From Gammaproteobacteria bacterium (GTDB lineage: Bacteria; Pseudomonadota; Gammaproteobacteria; Eutrophobiales; Eutrophobiaceae), in contig OZ220696.1 of NCBI GenBank assembly GCA_965116495.1, positions 2,848,001 to 2,912,000 on the forward strand: a stretch of DNA of 64,000 bases. The letters are read 5' to 3'. Numbering within the stretch: the stretch's first letter is position 1; every line of letters begins with the position of its first letter. The notes under the pieces are model-generated. The model saw only the letters and a list, made by a program, of their open reading frames with translations. It was not told the origin of the DNA and searched no databases. The translations under genes and the position numbers were made by a program. Below are positions 17,476 to 26,776 of this stretch, piece after piece.

Positions 17476-18444
17476 TTGACGGCGGTGCGCGAGGACATAC
17501 TGATCATCAAGCTCGGAGCACTGGGCGACTTGGTCATGGCGACCGGCCTGGTTGAGCGGATTTTGCGGCATCACGCGCCCCGCCGCTGCATTCTCCTTAC
17601 CGGTCCCACTTACGGCGAATTATTTGCCTCCCGGCCCGGCCTGGAGCTGAAGACTTTCGACCGCAGCAGCCTGCGGTCCACCCTGGCAACGGTGCAGTGG
17701 TTACGCAGGCAGCGGTTTCGGCGGGTATACGACCTGCAGTCAAACGACCGCACCGGCGTAATGTGCAGCCTGTCGGGCATACCGGAACGGGTTGGCAACC
17801 ACCCGCGTTTTCCCTACAACATCCACCCGCAGAGCCGCTACACGGGCCAATGCCATATCCACGCCAGGATGCTGGAAGTACTTGCGGCCGCCGGCATCTC
17901 CGCAGACAAAGTCGTCCCCTGTCTGTACCCCTCAGCGGCAGACCGGGAGAAGGTCGATGTGTGGTTGCGGGAACGGAACCTGACGGATCGGAAACTCGTG
18001 ATCATGCACTCGGGCACCAGCGCCCGGCACCCGGAAAAGTGCTGGCCCCACTTCCGGGAACTGGCCGTGTCCCTGGCAGAGAGCAGATTTCTTACAGTCT
18101 GGGCAGGCGGGGAGGATGACAGGCACACAAACGCCGCCCTGGCCCGCGTTACCGGAGCGGATGCAACCGGTGCATTCTCGTTCCTGCAGCTGGTGGCCCT
18201 TACGGCCCGCGCCCAATTCGCAGTGACCAATGACTCGGGGCCCATGCACCTGTTGGCTTGCGGTTCCATCCCTGTCTACGGCCTGTTCGGGCCGACCGAC
18301 TGGCGCCGCAACCACGCGGTCGGCCAACGCGACCGCATCCTGTCATTGAACAGGGATGAGCCCGTATTCAGGAAGACCAGCCTGGCGGAACTGAAAACCG
18401 TACACGCGCTCCGGCAACTGGAACGGGACGGTATCATCCAATGA
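17476..18444 (+). CDS. Glycosyltransferase family 9
   Basis: ILIIKLGALGDLV, VYDLQ, EKCWP, VTNDSGPMHL, LFGPT; start approximate. Confidence 0.9.
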   Translation: MTAVREDILIIKLGALGDLVMATGLVERILRHHAPRRCILLTGPTYGELFASRPGLELKTFDRSSLRSTLATVQWLRRQRFRRVYDLQSNDRTGVMCSLSGIPERVGNHPRFPYNIHPQSRYTGQCHIHARMLEVLAAAGISADKVVPCLYPSAADREKVDVWLRERNLTDRKLVIMHSGTSARHPEKCWPHFRELAVSLAESRFLTVWAGGEDDRHTNAALARVTGADATGAFSFLQLVALTARAQFAVTNDSGPMHLLACGSIPVYGLFGPTDWRRNHAVGQRDRILSLNRDEPVFRKTSLAELKTVHALRQLERDGIIQ

Positions 18445-18477
18445 ACTATGCTAGGATTGCATCCATGAGAGTCATTC

Positions 18478-19227
18478 ATGGCAGATAAATTTCCACCGAC
18501 AAACCCCGCGGCAGCGGATCGGCTGATCGTTGCGCTGGACTTCGATAACGCCGCTGATGCCAACCGTCTGATCAAACAACTCGAAGGCACAGTTAACTTT
18601 TATAAAGTTGGCTGGCAGCTGTTCCTGGGGGAAGGCTGGCCGTTCATCAGGACCCTGCTGGAAGCCGGCAGGAAGGTCTTCCTGGACCTGAAAATCAACG
18701 ATATCGACCGCACCGTAGAGGCTGCGCTGGCCAACATGCCCAATGAATTTTCCGGCAGGCTGGAACTGTTAACCATCCATGGCGGGAGTTCCACGGTGAC
18801 GGCAGCGAAACAGGGGCGGGGAGACAACGACAAACCTTACCTTCTGATGCTCACCGTACTGTCCAGCATGGACGCCGCGGATCTCAAGGAGCTTTCCCCC
18901 GACGGGGCCATGCCGGACACGGATGCCGTCGTCCTGCGCCGGGCGCAGCAGGCCCTGGATGCCGGTTGTGAGGGCTTGATCGCATCCGGTTCGTCCGTGC
19001 GCGCCCTGCGCCGGGAGTTACGCGACCGGGAGTTCCTGATCGTTACCCCAGGCATCAGGCCGGCCGACAGCGGCCATGACGACCACAAACGTACCCTGAC
19101 GCCCTGCCAGGCGATTGGTGATGGCGCGGATTACCTGGTGGTCGGCCGCCCGATCACACGGTCACCCGACCCCCTGAAAACCGCGCAATCCATCATCGCC
19201 GATATACAAGCTGCACTGGTTCAATAA
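18478..19227 (+). CDS. pyrF: Orotidine-5'-phosphate decarboxylase
   Basis: LIVALD, KVG, FLDLKINDI, LTVLSS, VTPGIRP, LVVGRPIT. Confidence 0.95.
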   Translation: MADKFPPTNPAAADRLIVALDFDNAADANRLIKQLEGTVNFYKVGWQLFLGEGWPFIRTLLEAGRKVFLDLKINDIDRTVEAALANMPNEFSGRLELLTIHGGSSTVTAAKQGRGDNDKPYLLMLTVLSSMDAADLKELSPDGAMPDTDAVVLRRAQQALDAGCEGLIASGSSVRALRRELRDREFLIVTPGIRPADSGHDDHKRTLTPCQAIGDGADYLVVGRPITRSPDPLKTAQSIIADIQAALVQ

Positions 19228-19260
19228 GGTTGCTTCATCTGCATCCTGGAGGACAACATC

Positions 19261-19659
19261 ATGGTTACCGAAGTTAATCCCAAACAGGCCTGGAAAATAC
19301 TCCAGGAAAACCCGAACGCGATCCTGCTTGACGTGCGCTCGAAGGTCGAGTTCGATTACGTGGGCCACCCCGTAGGCGCCGTACATGTGTCCATCCAGGA
19401 AGCGCCGGACTGGCAGACCGACCCGGATTTTTCACAAAAGGTCCTCGAACAGCTGGGTGAGGCCAGCAAGGACGTCTCGATCCTCACCATCTGCCGCAGC
19501 GGCAAACGCTCTATGCTGGCGGCGCAACTGCTGGAGGAACAGGGTTACAAACACACGGTGAATATCGCCGAAGGCTTCGAAGGCGACCCGGACGAAAACC
19601 GCCACCGGGGCAACCTCAACGGCTGGCGCTATCACGGGCTTCCGTGGGAGCAGACTTGA
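19261..19659 (+). CDS. Single-domain rhodanese
   Basis: LLDVR...E, active-site ICRSGKRS, EGFEG...GWRYHGLPWEQ. Confidence 0.92.
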   Translation: MVTEVNPKQAWKILQENPNAILLDVRSKVEFDYVGHPVGAVHVSIQEAPDWQTDPDFSQKVLEQLGEASKDVSILTICRSGKRSMLAAQLLEEQGYKHTVNIAEGFEGDPDENRHRGNLNGWRYHGLPWEQT

Positions 19660-19765
19660 TTGTGGGAAACGGGACAGATTCTAAAATGATAGTGCAGGGA
19701 CCTTAACGGTACGGGTCGTTTACACAGTGGTTGTTATTGACGCCCAATTTACATAAAGCATGTAA

Positions 19766-20140
19766 ATGAGTATTGAACTGCTGCCCAGTGTCATCAGAGA
19801 AAACTATGAAGTCCATGAATGGAAGCACGCATGCGCCATCTTAGGAGAAGATTTTCCGGGCGAATGGGAAGATATCGTATCCGTATTGAGCAAATTTCGA
19901 CTGTTAAAAAGCTGGATTACGAATCCCGGTGGCAGCCTGCGAGCAATCAGCATCGGTGTGATTATTACACGTTGCGACGAGCTACAGGACATATTTAATC
20001 AACTGGACATAGGCGCTTCTTATGGCGCCTCGACTACCTATATGAGCAAGCTGCTCCCCAGAATCAACGGCGGAAGCGGGGGTGGCCGCCCGCTTCTTGT
20101 GTTAGGCATTTCCAGAAGACTATACATTGAGGATGAATAA
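19766..20140 (+). pseudogene. BglII/BstYI-family restriction endonuclease with apparent in-frame internal deletion
   Basis: N-terminus (YEVHEWKHACAIL...FP.EWEDI) fused to C-terminus (LRAISIGVIITRCDELQDIF...SYGASTT.MSKLLPRI.GG.GG); no central E-x-E/Q catalytic segment; 124 aa. Confidence 0.7.
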
Positions 20141-20536
20141 TGTGCACATCCGATGACCTGTTACAAGACATAGGCAACAGAAAGTTTTCCACCGTCCTGG
20201 CCGACCCGCCGTGGTGTAGGTTTCTACTTCCGCAATGTAACCGAAGTGATTTTGTTCGGCATCCGCGGTAAAAATGCCAGAACGAGAGAAGCCGGCAGGC
20301 GGCAGGAGAATATTATCGTCTCGCGTAAGAGAGAACACAGCCGCAAACCCGATGAACAGTACGAGTTGATCGAAACCTGCAGTCCAGGTCCTTATCTCGA
20401 ATTATTCGCCCGGGATTCCAAGGAAGGCCGGTTTACATGGGGAAACCAGTCAGAAAATTATTCGCCTGATGGGGTAACCTACGCAAATCATTCGCAGGCT
20501 AATACAAGCCCGATAGAGCAGAAGAGACTACTATAA
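20140..20536 (+). pseudogene. MT-A70 family DNA adenine methyltransferase, internally deleted and frameshifted
   Basis: ATG 20140 gives MCTSDDLLQDIGNRKFSTVLADPPW; another frame continues GVGFYFRNVTEVILFG...REHSRKP...YLELFAR...WGNQ. Confidence 0.8.
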
Positions 20537-20615
20537 TTTGTTGAATTATAACGCTGCTTCTACTACCAACGGATTTTTTCAGGGTTGGTCGTCTACATCC
20601 CCCAGCAGTAATTTT

Positions 20616-21179
20616 TTATTCCTCTATCCCTACGATAACGAGAGGCACAGCCGGAACGCCCCGTCCCTGCCTGATAATATTGTATAACTCCCCTTCGTAG
20701 TAGGATGCGCCGGAACTCATCTGCTTTCGCAGTTGTTTCATCGGCAAAATCTCGACGCCGACATCGATTTTATCGCCCACAAAAAAAGCAAGATGCTTGA
20801 CAAACAAATCGTAAACTTCAAAGGAGTATTTCTCGAACTGGACTTCAATCGCTACTCTGTCTTTCACTAAATCGGGCTGGTTGTAGCAGAAAATCGCTGA
20901 TGAACTTGCTTGTTCAATCTTATCTCTTTGATGAGGAGGGGACATGGCAGCCCAGCTCTTTTTCCAATTCTTATCTTCAAAGAGCCTCTTAAACGCCGTG
21001 TTTATTTTAACCGGGTTATACTGAAGGCCATTCGTACCCCTTTCTGTTGATACCGTTGTCTTTGAAGCATTTTCATCCACTTCATCTATGACATCCTTTA
21101 TTTCCTGCCATAGTTGTGGTTTGTGGACAAGCAGATGTTCAAGGCCATTAAAGTGAGAATGGGTTTCAACTATCCTCAT
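20616..21179 (-). CDS. Second BglII/BstYI-family restriction endonuclease, possibly degenerate
   Basis: SHFNGLEHL, YNQPDLVKDRVAIEVQFEKY, DLFVKH, DVGVEILPMK, MSSG..YYEGE, GVPAVPLV. Confidence 0.75.
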   Translation of the reverse strand: MRIVETHSHFNGLEHLLVHKPQLWQEIKDVIDEVDENASKTTVSTERGTNGLQYNPVKINTAFKRLFEDKNWKKSWAAMSPPHQRDKIEQASSSAIFCYNQPDLVKDRVAIEVQFEKYSFEVYDLFVKHLAFFVGDKIDVGVEILPMKQLRKQMSSGASYYEGELYNIIRQGRGVPAVPLVIVGIEE

Positions 21180-21332
21180 AATGATATTCGCCTGGAATTT
21201 ACAGCAATCTTTACGCTTGAATCGAGCATTTTATCTTTTCTCCTTGACATGATTTTTCGATGAATTGGTCCAAGGAACATGAGGAAGCAATCACTTGGTC
21301 TCCATGACGATATCATACCATCGTTTCCGGCT

Positions 21333-21495
21333 TCAAAACTCGCCCAGTTCCTTCTTTACATCATCGGTATCGTAGCCGAACACTGAAGTGCCAACCGAGC
21401 CCAAAACCGCGACAAACTTATCCACCGGCATCTCAGCCAGTCTGGCAGCTTTATTCAGGCACAGTACTGCTTTATTAGAAAAAAGAATTGGATAT
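21333..21495 (-). pseudogene. 5'-truncated UPF0175-like (putative antitoxin) fragment
   Basis: Manual translation ...LFSNKAVLCLNKAARLAEMPVDKFVAVLGSVGTSVFGYDTDDVKKELGEF*; resembles the KAARLA.M...F...L...G..V..Y...E pattern; upstream part replaced by the 21500 palindrome. Confidence 0.55.
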
Positions 21496-21499
21496 ACAT

Positions 21500-21540
21500 G
21501 GGGTCAGAATAAAAATTCAGCGAATTTTTATTCTGACCCC
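21500..21540. repeat. GGGGTCAG-family perfect palindrome (19-bp arms, 3-nt loop)
   Basis: GGGGTCAGAATAAAAATTC-AGC-GAATTTTTATTCTGACCCC; related to 50824-50897. Confidence 0.88.
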
Positions 21541-21552
21541 TTAATTCTAATA

Positions 21553-22773
21553 CTATCCATAGACCCGCCGGCTCTCGAAAATGCCGGGGCTGAAGCGCTT
21601 TCCGCCGCTGTGTAACAGGCGTTTCAGCATGAAGTCGAACAGGATGGGGTTGTGTCGGCGCACCTCATCCAACACCTGCGCCGCAGCTTCGGACAGGAAG
21701 CCCCTTGACCGCAGCTTGCGTAGCGAGATCAGTGGCACGACGCCGGGCAGGGGATAGTCGGAACCGTTTACCAGGCGCCCGTGCCAGTCCTCGGTTTCCA
21801 GTAGCGCTTTCAGCACCGACGCGCGCCTGTTGCGCTGGATAACGGCTGAGGTATCGCCGAACAGCAATCCTTCAAAGCGGGGATCATTCATCAGGCGCGC
21901 AAACAGGCTGAAATTACTCACCCGGAGGCCGCCGGCGCCCTTGTCCAGGTCGCGGCCCTGCCCCAGTGAGGCGCAATGCGCCACGATCACTTTTGCGCCG
22001 TGTTCCAGCGGGCGGCGCAGCAGCAGCGGGTTGCCGTATTCCTGCCGGCCGCTGCCGTGTACGGCTTTTTCATCCCCGGCGTGGACCAGCAGGGGCAGGC
22101 CCAGCCGCACCAGGGCTGTGTAGAAGTCATTACAACGCGCCGCGCCGGGGTCCATGCCCATGGCGGGAGGAAGCCATTTCACGGCCCGGGCGCCGGCCTT
22201 GCTCGCTTGCTCCAGGGCCTCGACGGCATCCTCGCGATAGGGATGCACCGAGGCAATCCATTCAAAATCCCCGGGGTATTGCCGGTGCAGGCGGGCGGCC
22301 AGTTCATTGGGGGTATGAAACGCGCTCAGGTCGGGACGGCGCCGGCCGGACTCGTCGTAACTGTAATCGAAGGCCAGCAACATGAACCGGCTCTCCGGCG
22401 GGAACCCTTGTCTCAAGGCCAGCAGCCGGGCCACAAAGCTCTCGTCCGCGTTGTCCTCAACGGCGCAGGATGCGTTCAGGTAGAAACGCAACTGGGTATA
22501 TTGCAGGGGATGCCGGAGTGATTTCAATTGCGGGTTGATCCAGGCGCCGCTGCCGCTGTCGCCGGTGCCCAGCAGGTGCACATGACCGTCCCAGATATAG
22601 TCAGGCCGCAAGCCATCGAAGGCCTGCCGTGCCAGTTCATGATTCGCCAGAGACTCCGGCAGGCGCGCGGGCAGGCAGGGGTTGAATAGCATGGGTCCGC
22701 GCAGGCAACCGCTTATGCTCATCCCACCCAGCAGGGCGAGGAAATGGCGCCGGGAAATTATGGCGGAGGACAT
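21553..22773 (-). CDS. Amidohydrolase_2-family metallohydrolase with twin-arginine (lipo)signal
   Basis: MSSAIISRRHFLALLGG..ISGC; D.HVH, SVHPY, VHAG, AHCASLG, NGSDYP metal-binding motifs. Confidence 0.85.
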   Translation of the reverse strand: MSSAIISRRHFLALLGGMSISGCLRGPMLFNPCLPARLPESLANHELARQAFDGLRPDYIWDGHVHLLGTGDSGSGAWINPQLKSLRHPLQYTQLRFYLNASCAVEDNADESFVARLLALRQGFPPESRFMLLAFDYSYDESGRRRPDLSAFHTPNELAARLHRQYPGDFEWIASVHPYREDAVEALEQASKAGARAVKWLPPAMGMDPGAARCNDFYTALVRLGLPLLVHAGDEKAVHGSGRQEYGNPLLLRRPLEHGAKVIVAHCASLGQGRDLDKGAGGLRVSNFSLFARLMNDPRFEGLLFGDTSAVIQRNRRASVLKALLETEDWHGRLVNGSDYPLPGVVPLISLRKLRSRGFLSEAAAQVLDEVRRHNPILFDFMLKRLLHSGGKRFSPGIFESRRVYG

Positions 22774-22805
22774 ATTATGTGTCGCCGGAGGCGACGGCTT
22801 GTTCA

Positions 22806-22833
22806 CTGGATTCCCGCATGCGCGGGAATGACG
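22806..22833. repeat. GTCATTCC-type palindrome
   Basis: CTGGATTCCCGCATGCGCGGGAATGACG, 1 mismatch to 3813-3840. Confidence 0.85.
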
Positions 22834-22879
22834 GGTGAGAGCGGAAATGGCAAATGGGGGCGACCCTCGGCGACACGGC

Positions 22880-23659
22880 TTATTCCGCTGCCGAGGCGCT
22901 GTCTTCCGGGGTATCATCGGCCCGGCGTTTGACAAACCGGCCCAGGATCAGGCCCAGTTCAAACAACAACCACACAGGTACCGCGAGCAGGACCTGGGAG
23001 ATGATGTCAGGCGGGGTCAGCAGCATGCCTGCCGTGAATGCCCCGACGATAATGTAGGCACGTTTCCGTGCCAGTGATTCAACAGAAGCAATTCCTGTGT
23101 AAACGAACAGGATAATGGCGATGGGTACTTCAAAGGCAACGCCGAAGGCAAAGAACATCTTGAGGATAAAGTTCAGGTAATGGCTGATATCGGTCATCAT
23201 GGTCACGCCGGCCGGCGCGGTCGACGTCAGGAACGCAAACAGCAACGGAAACACGATAAAGAAGGCGAAAGCGCAACCCAGGTAGAACAACAGCACGCTG
23301 CTCGAGAGCAACGGCAGTACCAGGCGTCGTTCATTTTGATACAGTCCCGGCGCGACGAAAGCCCAGGCCTGGTACAACAGGTACGGCACGGACACGAACA
23401 CGGCAGCAAAGAAGGTGAGCTTGAACGGCACCAGGAACGGCGCCGCGACTTCGGTCGCGATCATGCTGCTCTCTTGCGGCAATTGCTCCAGTAGCGGACC
23501 GGCTATCATGGAGTAAATGTCGTTGGCGAATACGCTGAGGCCGAGGAAGATGACAAACACACAGGCCAAGGAACGCAATAACCTGTTGCGCAGTTCAGCC
23601 AGGTGGGCGATGAGCGGCTGTTCCGTATCGGTATCAGGACGGGGGGAATCGTCCGCCAT
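22880..23659 (-). CDS. tatC: Twin-arginine translocase TatC
   Basis: HLAELRNRL, FVAPGLY..E, FEVP, TPPD..SQ. Confidence 0.97.
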   Translation of the reverse strand: MADDSPRPDTDTEQPLIAHLAELRNRLLRSLACVFVIFLGLSVFANDIYSMIAGPLLEQLPQESSMIATEVAAPFLVPFKLTFFAAVFVSVPYLLYQAWAFVAPGLYQNERRLVLPLLSSSVLLFYLGCAFAFFIVFPLLFAFLTSTAPAGVTMMTDISHYLNFILKMFFAFGVAFEVPIAIILFVYTGIASVESLARKRAYIIVGAFTAGMLLTPPDIISQVLLAVPVWLLFELGLILGRFVKRRADDTPEDSASAAE

Positions 23660-23664
23660 GGGTT

Positions 23665-23931
23665 TCAGTCGTCGGTTGTCTTGATCTTGCCGTGTTTGTC
23701 CGGGGCAACATCCATCAGCTTGTCCATTCGCTCCACCTCTTCGCTGAAGTCCTTGACCTCATCGATGCGCAACTGCTGTTCGAATTCGTACTTGGCCTGC
23801 ATCACGTAGCGGCGCAATTTCCTTACCCACCTGCCGACATCCCGCACCAGCCCCGGCAGTCTTTCGGGACCGGCCACCAGCAGAGAGACCACGGCGATGA
23901 CCAGCAGCTCCCAGAAACCGATGTCAAACAT
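23665..23931 (-). CDS. tatB: Twin-arginine translocase TatB
   Basis: MFDIGFWEL...GPERLP. Confidence 0.96.
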   Translation of the reverse strand: MFDIGFWELLVIAVVSLLVAGPERLPGLVRDVGRWVRKLRRYVMQAKYEFEQQLRIDEVKDFSEEVERMDKLMDVAPDKHGKIKTTDD

Positions 23932-23949
23932 GGGGCATCAGGCGCGCTG

Positions 23950-24174
23950 TCAGGATTCGGCCGGTTTCCCTTTCTGGCCGTCCTCTACCTCGCCTTCAAT
24001 GACCTTGCTGCCTGAAGATTCTTTTCCACTGTCGGGATCATCATCTTTTATTGCATTACGGAAGCCTTTGATTGCATTACCCAGGTCGCCGCCGATGCTC
24101 CCCAGTTTTTTGGTTCCAAACAACAGGGCGACGATTACCATAATGATCCCCAGTTCCCAGATACCAAAACTCAT
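23950..24174 (-). CDS. tatA: Twin-arginine translocase TatA
   Basis: [20 protein letters not shown]. Confidence 0.96.
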   Translation of the reverse strand: MSFGIWELGIIMVIVALLFGTKKLGSIGGDLGNAIKGFRNAIKDDDPDSGKESSGSKVIEGEVEDGQKGKPAES

Positions 24175-24248
24175 AGCTTGTCTCCAGCAGAATAAATACC
24201 AAGGCTAATTATGACACATATTTGGGGCCAGGTCGCACATTGCAAATT

Positions 24249-24563
24249 TCACTCCCTGCTCGCCTTTTCTTCATGGCCCGATACGCCAAAACGTCTTTCC
24301 AGTTCAGAGAAAACTTCGGCAGGGTGGACATTCAGGTGGGACAACAGGACCAGGGTATGAAACCATAAATCGGCGGTTTCGCGTATGACATCGGGTGCTT
24401 CACCGGCTGTTGCCGCTTCAACCAGTTCCCATGATTCCTCTTCTATTTTTTCCAGAATACCGGCTCTTCCCTTGGCATACAGGGAAGCGACATAGGAACT
24501 ATCCGGCTCTGCCCCCTTCCGGTCTATCAGCACCTCTGCCAGTTCGTTTATTATGTCCGTCAT
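24249..24563 (-). CDS. hisE: Phosphoribosyl-ATP pyrophosphatase
   Basis: [27 protein letters not shown]. Confidence 0.95.
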   Translation of the reverse strand: MTDIINELAEVLIDRKGAEPDSSYVASLYAKGRAGILEKIEEESWELVEAATAGEAPDVIRETADLWFHTLVLLSHLNVHPAEVFSELERRFGVSGHEEKASRE

Positions 24564-24574
24564 AAGTATCCTCC

Positions 24575-24976
24575 CTACTTATCATAGATTGTTTCGGGAT
24601 CCTTGATTACGGGATCGGCTTGTTCCCAGCCAGCCTCCGTTTTGCGCAGATAAAAACAGCTTTCCCTGCCGGTGTGGCAGGCAATCCCCCCGCGTTGGTC
24701 GACCCGCAACAACAGCGTGTCACGGTCGCAGTCCAGCCGTATCTCCCTGACGTCCTGGACGTGGCCCGACTGTTCACCTTTGCGCCACAGCCTGGCCCTC
24801 GATCTGGACCAGTATACTGCACGGCCCTCGGCACAGGTGAGTCTCAAGGCTGCACGATTCATCCAGGCAAGTGTCAGCACCCGGCCGGTGCTGTAATCCT
24901 GGGCAATTGCCGGTATCAGGCCGTCTGCGTTCCAGCTGATTTTCTCCAGCCACTGCTCTTCATTGGCCTGCGCCAT
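24575..24976 (-). CDS. hisI: Phosphoribosyl-AMP cyclohydrolase
   Basis: [29 protein letters not shown]. Confidence 0.96.
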   Translation of the reverse strand: MAQANEEQWLEKISWNADGLIPAIAQDYSTGRVLTLAWMNRAALRLTCAEGRAVYWSRSRARLWRKGEQSGHVQDVREIRLDCDRDTLLLRVDQRGGIACHTGRESCFYLRKTEAGWEQADPVIKDPETIYDK

Positions 24977-24979
24977 TAT

Positions 24980-25753
24980 CTAGCTCCTCACCTCTATGCC
25001 CTGTTCTGCCATTCTCTGTTTTGCCTGGGCCACCGTGTACTCACCGAAATGGAAAATGCTGGCTGCCAGCACCGCGTCAGCCTTTCCCGCTAAAATGCCT
25101 TCCGCCAGGTGGTCCAGGTTGCCGACGCCGCCGGATGCTATGACCGGAATACTGACGGCGCTACTGACCGCCCTGGTCAGGGGCAGGTCAAAACCGTCCC
25201 GGGTGCCATCCCGATCCATACTTGTCAGGAGAATCTCGCCGGCGCCGTAACGGGTCATTTTTTCTGCCCAGGTAACGGCATCGATACAGGTCTCCCGACG
25301 GCCCCCGTGGGTATAGACATGCCACTGCAACGGCTCACCGGCAACACTGACCTGTTTTGCGTCAAGCGCCACTACAATACACTGCGAACCGAATTCCCGC
25401 GTTGCTTCCCGGACAAACTCCGGGTTGTTTACCGCTGCAGTATTGATGCTGATCTTGTCTGCGCCCGCATTCAGCAAGCGCCTGATATCATCCAGCGTAC
25501 GGATACCGCCCCCCACGGTCAATGGAATAAATACCTGGCCGGCCACGGCTTCGACAACGTGCAACATGGTGTCTCTTTCCTCGTTGCTGGCCGTAATGTC
25601 AAGAAAAGCCAACTCATCGGCGCCCTGTTCGTCGTAACAGCGCGCCACTTCCAGCGGGTCGCCTGCATCCTTGATATCGACGAACCTGATACCCTTGACA
25701 ACCCGGCCGGCGTCCACATCCAGGCACGGAATGATACGTTTTGCCAGGCTCAT
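24980..25753 (-). CDS. hisF: Imidazole glycerol phosphate synthase cyclase subunit
   Basis: [34 protein letters not shown]. Confidence 0.98.
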   Translation of the reverse strand: MSLAKRIIPCLDVDAGRVVKGIRFVDIKDAGDPLEVARCYDEQGADELAFLDITASNEERDTMLHVVEAVAGQVFIPLTVGGGIRTLDDIRRLLNAGADKISINTAAVNNPEFVREATREFGSQCIVVALDAKQVSVAGEPLQWHVYTHGGRRETCIDAVTWAEKMTRYGAGEILLTSMDRDGTRDGFDLPLTRAVSSAVSIPVIASGGVGNLDHLAEGILAGKADAVLAASIFHFGEYTVAQAKQRMAEQGIEVRS

Positions 25754-25879
25754 GACCGACCCTCTAATGTCAAAAAATAACTGATAAGTAACATCCCTTA
25801 TGTGGCCGGCTGGAAGCGTCCGGCTTACAGCCGGAAATCGTGCCTGGTTATCAGGAAACGGATCCCTGCGTAGCCCTGA

Positions 25880-26638
25880 TCATCTCTCTTCAGACCCCTC
25901 ATTGCCGCACAGCGTCTCGACCAGGTCCAGGGCTTCCTTGAGATCCAGACTGCCCTCGTAGATGGCGCGCCCGGTGATGGCGCCGGCGATGCCTTCGGCG
26001 GCAACGGAACACAGGGCTTTTATATCATCCAGGTCTTTGATGCCGCCCGATGCAATGACCGGAATCGTTACCGACCTGGCAAGCTGCACACTGGAATCTA
26101 TATTAACGTTGTTCATCATACCGTCACGACCGATATCGGTGAAAATGATCGCAGATACACCATCCTGTTCGAATCGCTGGGCAATATCGACAACGTCGTG
26201 ATGAGAAAGCTTGGACCAGCCGTTAGTGGCCAGCTTGCCGTTTTTTGCGTCCAGGCCGACAATGACGTGGCTTGGAAATTCAAGACATATATCGGAAACG
26301 AAGTGCGGGGTAGTCACTGCCCGGGTGCCGATAATCACATAGTTCACTCCGACGTCCAGGTAAGTCTGGATCGTATCTTCATCACGAATTCCGCCGCCGG
26401 CCTGGATTTCTATATCCGGATGTTCCTCGGCAATATCGTGGATGATATCGGCGTTTACGGGACGTCCGGATACCGCGCCGTCCAGGTCAATGATATGAAG
26501 CCGTTTTGCGCCTATTTCGACCCATTTTGTCGCCATTTCCACCGGGTCATCATTGTAAACGGTCTCATCACTCATGTTGCCCTGGCGCAACCGGACACAT
26601 TTTCCGTTCTTTATATCGATCGCGGGAATTAACAGCAC
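25880..26638 (-). CDS. hisA: ProFAR isomerase
   Basis: [33 protein letters not shown]. Confidence 0.97.
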   Translation of the reverse strand: MLLIPAIDIKNGKCVRLRQGNMSDETVYNDDPVEMATKWVEIGAKRLHIIDLDGAVSGRPVNADIIHDIAEEHPDIEIQAGGGIRDEDTIQTYLDVGVNYVIIGTRAVTTPHFVSDICLEFPSHVIVGLDAKNGKLATNGWSKLSHHDVVDIAQRFEQDGVSAIIFTDIGRDGMMNNVNIDSSVQLARSVTIPVIASGGIKDLDDIKALCSVAAEGIAGAITGRAIYEGSLDLKEALDLVETLCGNEGSEER

Positions 26639-26776
26639 GATACTTTCCTGCTCGGTCTATAACTCAGCCGTCCCTGCTACCCTGAGTAAGAACAGGAAGA
26701 TGGATGTGAGAAACAGGCACATTTGTAGTTAATGTTAGCACAGTCTGATAATCATGCGGAAAAAGTAGCATAACCT

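Noticed and set aside
22774-22935. N-terminal extension of the amidohydrolase
   Set aside because: Runs through a GTCATTCC repeat and overlaps tatC; the Tat signal begins at ATG 22773.
25880-26776. hisB/hisH missing upstream of hisA
   Set aside because: Split his operons are common in Proteobacteria; cannot be called a loss from this window.
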